Source: Daphnia carinata (Eukaryota). From it: a stretch of 64,000 bases of DNA. Made by a program: the position numbers and the translations under genes. The notes beneath the pieces are model-generated. The model did not search any database. It was not told where the DNA came from and saw nothing but the letters and a program-made list of their open reading frames with translations. Where the stretch lies: NCBI RefSeq assembly GCF_022539665.2, contig NC_081333.1, positions 8,246,001 through 8,310,000 on the forward strand. The letters run 5' to 3'. Each line of letters starts with the position of its first letter. Positions within the stretch are counted from its first letter, which is position 1. Below, in pieces: positions 1-11,728 of this stretch.

Positions 1-3000
1 GGGAAAATGTCGAGTAGCGAACGGGCATGCTGTTGTCGCAAACTCATCTTTTTCATCGAAGGCACCGTTAATTCATACATCAATAAGTACAGCTTTTCTG
101 ATTTGTCTGGTACATTGTAATTCCATTTCCGTTTTCTAACGTGTATTTCTCAATAGGCCTAAACCAACGATCCAGAAACAAGCTGATACATGCATGAGCT
201 GCCTGAATGAAATATGGGAGAATTTTAAGTCAGGAAGCTGCTACCCAAGTGATGGTTGCTTGAATGGTCGCATCACGGATTTAAAGAATGTTTATCGTTT
301 AATGTCGCATGGTGTGACAATACCTTTGAATAGCTATTGCTATGTGAAGCAGCGGCAAGACGCATTGCGTAAATTCTGCAAAACCCTCCTTGGGAAGGAG
401 GTGATGGACTATACGGAACTGAACAGAGTGGCCCATCTTTTATCTCTATCCGAAGCATTCGCTCTCCAAGAACAAATTCTATCTGCACGTTCTGCTGGGA
501 AGGATGAAGTGATGATCACCTGTTGTCACAGACTGCTGCTTTGTGCTGAAGACGCTACAATGGCAGAGGCCTGCTACATAGCAGCCCAGTGTTTGAACCA
601 AAGCAGCGCTTACGATATGATAGAGTTGCAGAGCCATTTAGCTGCTAAAGCAGCAACGTACTGCGCAAACGATTCTTTAATGGATTCCAGTGAATTGTGC
701 TGTTTGGTCAATTTGAGACATCTGATTCAAAAGCGTTCTTCAGCAGTTGGCACACCTGACGTCTACAGCAGTATCTCGTCGTTGGGGGTTTACCAAGATT
801 TTACTACACCTATTCTCAACCGCGATATTATGAAATTCCTTTCTACAGCCCAAGCTCGTGTGTTGCCATGCCTGGAGCCTAGCAAAGGAAGTAACTCGAT
901 TGTGGGCTTGACAGCTCAAATACCAATTTCTGAAGCCGCCGAAATTTTACGGGAGTTCGCCAAAGAATGCCTTGGAGTTATCCAGGTGTTGCGCGGATGC
1001 CGACAGCTAATGCCTGCTCTGTATTTGGCATACGCATCAGATTCGTTGGTTCATCTGATGTTTCTCCAGTTGCGCAATCTGGATTTGGTGACAGTCTACA
1101 ATAAGACAATCTCCAAACATTTCGACGAATTGTCTTCGCAGCTTCTAGTTCGTGTAATGACTGCTAATCGACCTGATGTCCCAGATATGGCACTTGCTAC
1201 CTCTTGCCTTCTGATTCTGGGACCCACAGAAGGTTTTAAATATCTCGGTACGTATTCTGGCACGGATTTAAATTCATTGATTAAACGACAATTTCTTGTT
1301 TTGTTTTTATACATTGCACAGTGGATCTAGTGAAACGCTCGACTTCCGATCGCCGAAGAGTTTTCTATATTGGTTTTCTTGGTCGCTTACTCTTCAAGCT
1401 TGCTGCGACCGGTGGTGAGGAAGAAGGGTTCTTCGATTCGGTAATTCTACGGTGCCACTGGAGCATGAAACTTGCACCTTTCGGAATTCATGTCCAAAGT
1501 AAGTATAGCAATTTACAAAGTGGAAAACTATTGGTAAATATTCCATTTTTGTTTTCAGTCCCACCAATCGATGAAATGGTTCCAATCATGGACACTCTGG
1601 TTACTCTAGAGGATGTACCATTAGAATTGTTGAGCTCATTTTGCACAGATTTTCCTTTAGATCTAAACTCTGCCTTAATGTCAAGAGCACAATATCTGAT
1701 CGTGTCCACGGATGCGGCTAATATGGCAGGAAGAATACCCAAAATCCGCGACGTTTTGTCTCGACTCCCACCGGTTGACGTTCAGAAATTGGTTCATAGT
1801 ATTCGCAACAAAGTTAGCCCGTATAACTATGAACTGCTAACGTGCTTATGTGGAATCTTGTATGAACTGCAACCTGACGCGCTGGATATCCGAACCATGT
1901 TAGAACTATTGGAATTTTTAGCCTGTTATGAAAGATCCGTCCCACCAGGAATAATGGAACTTCAGAATGCGTTTTACCGGTTACCTGGTTCTGAGGAGTG
2001 GCCTCAAAAACGTTTACCTATGTACTACCAGATTGATGCAAGTTTAGCCAAAAATATCTATTACGAAGAATTCCACGTTTCAAACTGGACTATTTGGTAC
2101 AATTCGCCTTCCCTTCTACCTATCAACCGCGATGAAATTTGTATGATGGCTGTCAACAATACCGTTAAACGCTACAACAAGGATTGCCTCGATCAAGTAA
2201 CAACAAACTTATTGCACACTTTCTGATGAAGTTTTTCATTCTGAATTTAAATTAAAGGCCCAGATCGAATCTCTGTTCAGCAAGATTAAGCAATGCCTAG
2301 ATAGCATTAGTACAGTCTCCCGGGCCGCAGCGTGCGCTGCTGATATTACGCAAAGGCTGACCACCAGTCCCGAGAACTATTACGCCTCTGACTTACATAT
2401 GCAACAATGCGAAAAATGGAAAAATGAAAGCGATCCTGCTGGTATTATATTACTTAACTAGAATATACTATACCTACTCTTGAAATGCTTTTCGTATTTT
2501 AGGAATTGCGGCATACAATAAAAGTGTTAAAGTTTATCAAAGAGTGCAAACCGAAGAAAGTTTGGCTTATTTTAAATTGTGGAACAAACGATACGAAACC
2601 TTATTGCCGTATCCTGAACGCCTTATTCGATCTTTGTTTGAGGACTGTGTAGCCACTAGGCGTTTCCAGGATACCAATGCAGCGGCAGAAAACATTTGCC
2701 AAATATTCAACCTAAAGTTGGTGGCACTGAAACATGCAATGATGCAAGAGTGGTTGCCCATGATTGAACAGTATCAGCAAGAAGAATTCTATCAACCCTA
2801 TGGAAAGGAATCGAATGGCACTCCGTCGTAACTCTCTTTAAAGAAGCCTCTAACAAATCGAGCCATGTAATGAATTGCGTTTTTCTTATTTAGGGAATTA
2901 AGCGTCGAGTTACAAAATAAGCAGAATCTGGACCGCGTTATCTGCTTGTTGAGTGGTTCTGATTGCGCTCCATGGATTGCATATTTACGCGAAAAAGCTT

Positions 3001-3981
3001 TAAATGATGAAGAGCGTCCTTCAATTCGCGTCAGGGCTTTGACAGCGTTAGAAGCTGCTTTGACGGAAGACCAAATGGTCGAGCATATGGAACTGCATTC
3101 TTACACATTAAATTTACGTATTAAAGTACTGAATTTCCTGAGTCGCCTCGAAGTTTTGGGATTGGTTTACAAAGTACGAAGTGTTTATCTAGATTTCCCG
3201 GCTTTCCCAAATATTTTAAAATATGTTACCTTTCTAAAACGCTACAAAACAACTTCTGTTTTATAATTAGGAAGAAGAATTTGAACTAACGGATAAAGCA
3301 GACCTGATACGTGCTTTACTGCAGAGTGGAGCTAGCACCCAACGCTGTATTGCTTTGGCCATCGATCTGGCAACTTGTAACATTATTCAAGATGCTGATA
3401 TTTGGACCAATATTCTGGAAAAAGTTGTCAAATTTAATATGCTGGACACGGCCCACTCCCTTATTCAAGATATTTCAGAAATTCGATTATTATGGGTGAA
3501 CCCAGTTATGGCACCTGTATGGAACTTGATCCTACAATCGCCATTCAAACAGAGTAAGCAATCCTTGGCCTTAAATTAGGCGAACGAATTTAAACGCGTT
3601 GTTCTACAACTTGTGCGTATTTACGCGTATCCCTAGATAACGGTAATATCACTTCTTGCGTTGCCGCTCTCGAAATGCTTTGGAGTTGCCCGATTCTTGA
3701 AGACATAGATTTGGATTCCCTCGAAAAATGTGTCCTTAGCCATGATTACCCCTATTTGGCCGCTTTGCTGTTGCCTTTCACCAGAAATACGAAACGTTCA
3801 AATCTAATTCAGGTAAGTTATAATAATCTTAACATGAAACATTTTGTACCAGTTCTCTTTGTTTGAATTTCAGAGGCTTCAAAGCTATGGATCACTACAA
3901 GTTCTAGGGAACAAATTGGTAGAAAAATGTGAAACGTTTCCTTACTTAAACTTGGTTACTTCTTTACTTTCTCGCACCTGA
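1..3981 (+). CDS. KNTC1: Kinetochore-associated protein 1 / Rough deal (RZZ subunit), 5'-truncated by the window, multi-exon
   Basis: ORFs 194-1330, 1321-2226, 2544-2831, 2946-3266, 3355-3579 and 3675-3866 join through short GT-AG introns. C-terminal RVRALTAL...IWTNILEKVVKFNM...LWVNPVMAPVWNLILQSPF...CPILEDIDL resembles the Rod C-terminal domain. Stop TGA at 3979-3981. Confidence 0.85.
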
Positions 3982-4270
3982 TATGTAGCGAGGTTACCTT
4001 TCGTTTGTCATCATTAACTCTATTCCGAAAATGATAAAAAGCTAAAATATTTAAGAAATGAAAAAAGCTTCATCGTTTTTTTATATCTTGGTAAATATAA
4101 CCAAGACGAAGTGATCTTTTTTTCATAAATGGCAATTCCGATATTTTGTCTAGTACTAAAGTTATTTGCTCGTGTAATAATAGTAACGACAAATAAAATT
4201 TGTGTTACGACATTTTACTGTATTAATCAACAAAGTATTATACGAAACTTAGAAAACGTTTATAAACCAT

Positions 4271-5323
4271 TCAAATAAAAATCGGGTGAATTTTACGGAT
4301 ATCCAGTTTTTGACGGCAGGTCGGACACTGCTGAGTAGAGGCAATAACTCTTCTAATGCAAGGACCACAAAACAAATGTCCACATATAGTAGAGTGCATC
4401 TGTTGGTTAGCTTGCTTAACCTGAGACAGTGAGTCCAGGCATATGGGGCACTGTATTTGATGTGAACCTTCTTGTTGAAATGATGGGGACGATGATATTG
4501 TAGTGGGCTCCACTACATTAGAAAGAGTTTGATTTCTTGTAAGAGCTAAATAAAAAAATGTGCTCATTCAAAATTATATTAAACAACTAAAAATATTAGG
4601 ATTTAAGACCTTGTCTACTTGCTGGCGCAGAGCGAAGATTTCGTGGCCCCAACTGTCTGGCTCTCGGTGGGCTGCTACCAAGCATTATTGGAAGATCAGA
4701 CAAGTTGGGTCTCCGTGATGGATTGACAATATCTTCCTACAACATGCAAGGTATATGGGTTTAAATCCTGGACTCAATGTACGTATTGAGTTTTTATACC
4801 AAAACAACAAAAACTTCATCATCCAGGTCACATGTGAGGTCGACTTCTAATGGTCTCCTAGCCCTAGCAACTGGGATAGTGGATTGCACAGGAGTTATTA
4901 AATCAACGAGCTGGACATTAGTTTGATCATTTTCAGGGGTTCTTGGAGTATTAAGTTCTGCATGACCCTCCCTACTGTTGTCCCTTTGGGTTGCAGAAAC
5001 AGAAGGTGTAGGTGTTACACTGGATGGTCTTCTCAGCCTTTGGTGTCTTCCACCATTTGCAGTCAAACTTCTGTGCTCAACAAAATTATCTAGGAAACTC
5101 AAATTTTTGTATTTTTGAGGTTGCATTCTACTGTTTACCTTGATGACATCATCCTTCTTGTTGGTACTACACCAGATGACGTAGATGCATTTGCAATGGC
5201 ATTGTTTAGTATTGCTGTTGCAAGTGTTGCTCTGCTAGATTGTGATCTTGTTATAATATTGGCGGAAACTCCAGATCGCGAGGCTTGGTTGGTCGATTTT
5301 CTCACTCTCGTTGTAGGACTCAT
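4271..5323 (-). CDS. RNF4: RNF4-like SUMO-targeted RING E3 ubiquitin ligase, multi-exon
   Basis: C-terminal C3HC4 RING (CPICLD...STICGHLFCGPCI...CPTCRQKL..RKIHPIFI) follows a disordered N-terminus with SIM-like motifs (VQLVDL, LEVDLTCD). Confidence 0.8.
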
Positions 5324-6779
5324 TTTCTCAGGTTAGGTTTTAACGTTAATTCAAAAGCTGTACGAGGTGAAGAAATAGACAGGCGAATGAAACGCAAAAT
5401 GCAGTGATTTACCATGGAAATTGAAGTACAAAACTTTTTTAATATTTTGCTTTACTAAAATAAACGTCCAATGTCTTTTTTTATGATAAGAAAAGCAAAT
5501 AACGCATGCAACCAACTTCAAAGGTGTCTTTTTAAGGGTATTCTCTATGCTGTACACGACACGAGAGAACACAACAAAGCAGGTGTAGAACTGTAGGCAA
5601 CGCAATATATTGAAGAAAAAGAAAAAAATATGGTCGAAAAAAATAGTAATTAATAGTTTTTAAAATAAACGATTTTGTTTTACTAGGAAAAAACTATTGT
5701 CGATGTCGAATAGGTTAGCATTTTGTTGGAAGAATATTTCTAAATCTGCAAACCCTGCTTCCATTACTCAATTGCAGATCGACGGTCCCCCGTTGTGTGA
5801 GGCAGCCATTCCACTTCTAGGGATATTACCCTATTTAGGGGGATTTAAGGAAAATTTTTGGAATCTAGGGTGCAGTTATGGAAATCTAGTCTTTCCGGGA
5901 TTATCCAGGGCCTATTTAATTTTCTGGGGATTTCTCGGGATTTTGAGATTTTTGGCCAAACCGCTGTTGCTTTTGGCGCTTCTATGCAACTTCAAAAGTA
6001 AAATGTTCCTCAATAAGAGCCACCAAGCGGACAATGGTGAACGGTACGCTTTTCAGAAAGTAACACTGACTAGGATACACCACGAACTCCATTTGATCCT
6101 CCAAACGTCTGTGCCAAACATATCGCACGCCGAATTTTTTAAGTCTCAAGTCTCCGACTGAATTTCTGACAAGCACTTGACCCAATTGCAAAAGCTGGGG
6201 AGAGTTCCTTGAATATATACGTAGGAATTACGAATCTATTTTGTTCAACCATGATGAACAATTTGTTGTTGAGACATGATGAACCCGAGGCCTCTCACAC
6301 AATTTTTTTATCTAGGTGAGCAACACACTGTTCATTGGGAAACGCTGTGATTCTCTTGAGGCTTTATAACGTTGAAAGTTCGATGACAATTATTTTTGGA
6401 AAAACCATATCTTTATTGCTTAACTAAACAAATATGATGGGGCAATCCGATGGTTTTATTTCCATAGCCAATTTAAATTTTTCTGGTAACTTGTTTGGCT
6501 TTGACGGGCACTGGTTAATTGCTTTAAAAATGTGTTCGATTTAATACTGTTCTAAAATAAATAAAATGGGTTATTTTATTTTTTTTATTTACATTTATAA
6601 AAATAATTTAAAAAACTTTGAAGCAATGGCGTCTATAAGAACCGAACACGGACAGTCGACGTATGATCTCAGTGCTATACCACAGCGCCCTACCACATCG
6701 CGACACCACTATTAGTCACATATTATATAGTTCCGGTATTAGAACGAAGGTCGATGAAAAATAAATTTGTTTGAGATGT

Positions 6780-6852
6780 GCGGTCCTGGCACAGTGGTTA
6801 CCACCTTCGCTTCGCATTCTGAAGGCCCCGGGTTCAAGTCCCGACACCGCCA
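6780..6852 (+). pseudogene. tRNA-Ala(CGC)-like sequence, probably a SINE-type head rather than a functional tRNA
   Basis: A box TGGCACAGTGG, B box GGTTCAAGTCC, T-arm CGGG/CCCG, acceptor GCGGT/ACCGC, loop TTCGCAT. The D and anticodon stems are imperfect. Confidence 0.6.
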
Positions 6853-7120
6853 ATTTCCCCCCCTCCCTTTCCCTCCAAATCTTCATTCAAGATTCATCGG
6901 ATTTACGCAAGCTTCTACAACAGATCAAGACGCAAGATTCTACGCCTTCAAGAAAGAAAAAAAAGCCTTCAAGAAGAGAGAAAACAAGAAGAAAGAAAAA
7001 AAGAAGAGAGAAAAGAAAAGAGAAAAAAGAAGAGCCATGCCTACTATAAAGGGGCTAAATGGCACACCAAAAAAAAAAGCCTTGCCAGGCTAAAATTGGC
7101 AAAAATAGCCTTGTCAGGCT

Positions 7121-7301
7121 AAAAATCGATCTGTAGTACTGTTCACTACCTTGAAGATCGAACCACAAGCTGAAAGGTAGAGAAGAGGTGATCGTTGAAC
7201 GTAGGCTGTTCGTTAGCCTCCCCACGGCCTGAAAGACGGCTCGTGGATGCAGGCAGCTTATCATCGGGATATGTGACCCAATTCGCTACCCGTAAGTTTT
7301 T
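7121..7301. repeat. Dispersed structured repeat, copy 1 (paralogue of 28061-28232)
   Basis: Colinear similarity to 28061-28232, e.g. ctgtagtacYgttcactac, aggtagagaagaggtRatcgt, tggatgcaggcagctWatcatcg, tatgtgaccc. Confidence 0.85.
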
Positions 7302-7980
7302 GTTGTTCCTCCTTGTCACCAATAGTGGTGACAAAAAATAAGTTATGGGCGTGTTAGTTTATATAATATATATAAATAACAGAGTTCGAATCTAGTCCTT
7401 TCCTCAGTCATTTCTTTTTTCCCTTTCCTACCGTAAGCTGCATTCGTTACCAAACAGTGGAAAGTGGAGCTCGGTTTGGGGTATTACGCCCCTCTGGCAA
7501 TGCAGTTTTAGGCGCTGGAGGTATTGCGCGCTGACAGGCCGTTATTATAGTAGGCCATGTGAGTATGCCATGAAAGTAACAGGGATTTTTCTGGGGATTT
7601 TATTTTTTTTTAATAGGGATTTATATCCCCAGTCTGGCAACGTTCTAGGGATACCACTTTGCGGAAAGTGGAAACACTGGTGTCAGGGAATGGAACTCCT
7701 TTACTGTTTTATATTGTGACAGTAGTCGTGTAGCGTTGTACTGTTCCACCTGTCTGGTCATTCACTTAATTGTTTATCGCGTTTGCATATCGCTGTCTAT
7801 GAAGTTATTTTCTGCAAGATAATAAAGTAAAAATAAGAATGGTTGTAAACAGTGTTTATATCTAAACTTTGCTTCAAGCTTAGGCACCAAGACCAACATC
7901 TTAAAATCTTCAGCAGTTTCTCTCCTATGCCTATCCCATGGGCTATATACACTGACTGATAGCTCAGCAAAGTCTCAACC

Positions 7981-8601
7981 ATGGCCGATGATGATGTTTT
8001 ACTGAATTACCACAACTCTCTTTTGAGACAATCAGATGTGAAGCTATTGCAAAATGCAGATTGGTTAAATGACCAAGTGATTGGATTTTGGTTTGAATAT
8101 TTAGAAAATTCCACTATGGACAACTCAGTATGCCTTGTTTGCCCAGAGGTGACACAGTTTATCAAGTTAGGATCCCCATCAGACACTCCTTTTTTTGTAG
8201 ATCCACTTAATCTCAGCCAACGTGCCTTAGTTTTGTTTCCTGTAAATGATTCCATGTTTCTGGATCATCCAGGAGGTTCACACTGGAGTTTACTGGTTTA
8301 TGCTGGTTTGTTAAAGAAATATTATCATTTAGATTCCCTAATTGGTACCAATTTAGGACATGCTAAGAAAATAGCAAATAACTTGCATCTTCCTAATGAA
8401 GAAGTTGTTGAACTCAAATGCACCCAACAAGAAAACTCCTATGATTGTGGAGTATTTGTTTGTAGTAATGCAGAGAATGTTATAAGGCATCACCTCGTAA
8501 ACAAAGGTATGTTAGTATCTCTACCAATGTTAAATTTAGAATTTATGAATAAGCAAAGAAGTCACATGCTTCAAGTTATATTAACTTTGTCCTGCAAATG
8601 A
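7981..8601 (+). CDS. SENP8: NEDD8-specific protease (SENP8/DEN1, peptidase C48), intronless
   Basis: 206-aa ORF with WLNDQVIGFWFEYL, GGSHWSLLV, HLDS and QQENSYDCGVFV (His/Asp/Cys triad). Confidence 0.95.
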   Translation: MADDDVLLNYHNSLLRQSDVKLLQNADWLNDQVIGFWFEYLENSTMDNSVCLVCPEVTQFIKLGSPSDTPFFVDPLNLSQRALVLFPVNDSMFLDHPGGSHWSLLVYAGLLKKYYHLDSLIGTNLGHAKKIANNLHLPNEEVVELKCTQQENSYDCGVFVCSNAENVIRHHLVNKGMLVSLPMLNLEFMNKQRSHMLQVILTLSCK

Positions 8602-8737
8602 TTGTAACATTAAAATCAGTACAGTACACAAGAAGTAATCTGCACAGTTGTTTTTGCATTACTAGATTCTTCAAAATTAGTATTAAAATATGTCATCTTT
8701 TACTACAAAAAAAGTATTCATTATCTTAAGCTAGCAG

Positions 8738-9729
8738 TTAGAAGGGAATTGCATTGCCATCCCACGCAAGGCATTTCCCTGTGTCTTCAACAGAAAGCTT
8801 ATCTATAATGGACATCAAATAGTTAACAGATTTCTCAGTGGAAAACAGCTTATCAGGAGGAACACCTTTGTGATATGGGCGAGAAAGATCAGTATCAACA
8901 GTTCCTGCATGTAATTAGGGGGAAAAATAATAAAATGTGCCTTGGAGGACAGGAAAAGAAAAAGATCTTTGTTTTAGTCACCTGGATGCAGTGCCACACA
9001 TATTACTTTGGATTTTCCTCTCCCCAACTCAATGCTCAAATTTTTTGTGGCCATATTTAGAGCGCTTTTAGATAATCTGTAGCTATACCAACCACCAACA
9101 TGATTATCTGTTCAAGTATAAAGAACATTCAATTACTGTGGTTAATGGAACATTACATTACAATAAACTAGCCAGATATTGATGAAACTTTAGCTGTAAG
9201 ATTGACTAGGATTCCAGAATGTTTTTTCCCAGCTTGCTTTCCAAGCAAGCCAGAGCTCTTCAGTAATAGGGGTGAAAAATATTTTGCAATCAGAAGTGGT
9301 CCAATTGTGTTTGTTTCAAAGGTGGTCCTAAGTCCCTGTGTATGGTTTGAAAGGTATTTGATTTTTGATTTTTTACTAGTTGCCTTTCATGATAGGATGT
9401 AGTACTTCAAGCGAAACATCCCGCAAGCTTGTCTCGCCTTTTCCAGACGGATGTAGAATGGCACTGCAGTTCAAAAGAAGGTCTATTTTTCCAGTAGATT
9501 CTTCAGTGATTTTTGGAACAACTTGTTTGATGTTATTTTCCTTTGTTACATCAACATTGATGAGCACTATTTTATTGGGAAATTGGCTTTGCATCCTATG
9601 CAATGCTGCTTCATTTTCTGCACTCCGACTGGTAGCTATTACTTTTGCCACATCTGCCCTAGAAGCTAAAACTTTACAAAATTGAAGACCAAGACCTCTA
9701 GAAGCGCCTTGAACGATGGCGACCGCCAT
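8738..9729 (-). CDS. C-factor/CsgA-like short-chain dehydrogenase/reductase, multi-exon
   Basis: VQGASRGLG Rossmann motif, IDLLLN, ILHPSGKGETSL, NTIGPLLIAKYF, HPGTVDTDLSRPY and C-terminal LAWDGNAIPF*. Confidence 0.9.
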
Positions 9730-10070
9730 ATTACACAATCGGGAAACTTTGTTTACAAGATTTTATTGACTGCTCGAGATTTGAGAATAACTTATGTAAC
9801 CGTTTATGATTTTGCAGACGCCTTTTAGCTGTTTTGTTTATTTTTGCCAGTTTTTTTTCTACAGTTAACATGCAGGACAATAAAATCGTGGACTAACCTT
9901 ACATTTTAAAAAGTTAACGTTAGTTCAGGTTTTTTTAAATTAATCTTTTCAATGTTTTCAATCTTCATTAGTTACTTCATGGAAACAATGACAACACTGC
10001 TACGCCACTTTGCAGACGACAGTATCAGCTTGACAAAGTCGTGAATCGTGTTATACGGAATGGAAAAAAA

Positions 10071-10481
10071 ATGAATATCACCAAGTTTCAAAATTTTTAT
10101 CAAGTTCTTGGTGTTGAATCGAATGCAAGCTTGGTTGATATGAAACAAAGATATCATCAACTGTCTTTAATTTACCACCCCGACAAAAACCAAGGTGCCA
10201 ATAATGAGGAATTTATTAAAGTTCAGTTGGCTTTCCAAGTTTTAAGTGATCCAAACCTCAAACAACACTATGATGTGCAGCATGTGGCCCATACAAACAA
10301 ATGCGTTGCTATCCACGATCAGATGTCCATCAGTGAACTTAATTTTGATGGTTCTGTGTATGAAACAAATTGCCGCTGTGGAGGCAGTTTCGTCTTGTTT
10401 AAGGAAGCCACCGAGTTAGCTTTGGCAGAAATTTATGTTACTTGTGACACATGTTCATTATGTATCTCAGTTGCCTTATAG
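10071..10481 (+). CDS. DNAJC24: DnaJ homolog subfamily C member 24 (DPH4): J domain plus CSL zinc finger
   Basis: FYQVLGV...YHPDK J domain followed by CRCGG...CDTCSL. Confidence 0.92.
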   Translation: MNITKFQNFYQVLGVESNASLVDMKQRYHQLSLIYHPDKNQGANNEEFIKVQLAFQVLSDPNLKQHYDVQHVAHTNKCVAIHDQMSISELNFDGSVYETNCRCGGSFVLFKEATELALAEIYVTCDTCSLCISVAL

Positions 10482-10784
10482 CTGTTGATATTCATTCTAC
10501 TGCATAATTCTTCTTACTGGTTACTGTTGTAAAAACTATGTGTTTAAGCAATGTTTGAGACTTCAAAATGCGGATTATAGAAATATAGGCCAGTAGGCCT
10601 TTTGTCTTTTTTGGCTCCCTATTTCCTTTCTGTTTAACCGTAGTCATGATACGCAGGAGTAAATTTGCCTCTGGCTTCTTTAAGATCAAGTCAAGCCCCC
10701 TCTCCCTCCTCCTCTTCTATCGACAGCTAACTTGCTATAGAAGCGTATATGAATTCTAATATTACCTACGTGACAACGCTGCGT

Positions 10785-10810
10785 CCAACACTTTTCTTCG
10801 CTTCCTGCCT
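10785..10810 (+). promoter_or_regulatory. Polypyrimidine (TCT/5'TOP-like) initiator of RPS28
   Basis: cacttttcttcgcttcctgcct lies ~70-85 bp upstream of a ribosomal protein ATG. Confidence 0.45.
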
Positions 10811-10872
10811 CGTTGATTCCTTTTCTGTAGCCTACTGCATTTGTCGTTAGCCGCCATCAAACTTCTCTGAAA

Positions 10873-11436
10873 ATGGACAAACCTAACGTTCTTGCTCGTG
10901 TAAGTATATTGTGTTAATTTCTCATTCATGTAAAATTCACTTGCTAGATATTTATTGTGCGATCTTTTTCTTCGTTGAACAATTTAAATGTTAGAAGATC
11001 TTATTCTCGGTATCGAACTCGAAACACGTGATTGCTACATAAATCTCAATCCCGAAACGTTTGTAACAAGCAAATGCAATTTGTACACGCGTTTTATGTT
11101 TTTTTTTGTTAGTTAACGTGCAAGTTTAGAAACCCATAGAAAATTCATGTTTTTTTCTATTTTTTGCTTGACAGGTCACAAAAGTTTTGGGCCGAACTGG
11201 TTCACAAGGCCAATGTACACAGGTATGGTCTGAGCTTTTTTCATAAGAATAATATGATAAAGTATTACAATAATCTGATCATTTATTATTATTTCATCAA
11301 TAATGTTCTATAGGTCAAGGTAGAATTTTTGGGAGAACCTAACAGATCCATCATCCGAAATGTAAAAGGCCCAGTTCGAGAGGGAGATATCCTCACCCTG
11401 CTGGAGTCTGAACGTGAAGCTAGAAGATTGCGCTAA
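10873..11436 (+). CDS. RPS28: 40S ribosomal protein S28, three coding exons (missed by the ORF track)
   Basis: Spliced translation [65 protein letters not shown]. Confidence 0.97.
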
Positions 11437-11728
11437 TCATTTGGTTATTTAGATGTGAGTGTTAATATTTTTAATGGTGGATTTCAGTTCATATTTTACA
11501 TTTTTGTTCTGCTATTCCAGGTATTCGTAGGAGTAATACTATTGCTTCTGTGAAATGAATACAATTGATGACTCCAACCATTGTCTTTTCATTTCAGGTT
11601 AGTTAGGTCCAATATATTAAGGATTCTGAAAGATAGTAGGATGTGGGAAGAAATAATCTTAGAAAGATAGAATACTATTTAACACTTTCTTTTTTCAGTC
11701 GAACAACAGCACCAAAATAACTACAAAT

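Noticed and set aside
5697..6191. Overlapping ORFs and GGGATT-rich tracts, also seen at ~7580-7640
   Set aside because: No recognisable protein. Probably decayed repeat fragments, but I could not define termini.
6767..7093. Lys-rich 108-aa ORF
   Set aside because: It arises from the tRNA-like head plus the A-rich spacer and has a non-ATG start.
7200..7260. HDV-like or hammerhead ribozyme reading of the module (gcc-tccccac-ggc; CCGATGAT)
   Set aside because: No P1/P2 partners and no CUGANGA/GAAA core, and it is not conserved in copy 2.
11225..11312. C/D-box snoRNA in RPS28 intron 2 (ATGATAA...CTGA)
   Set aside because: The C box is imperfect and the span is only ~25 nt, too short.
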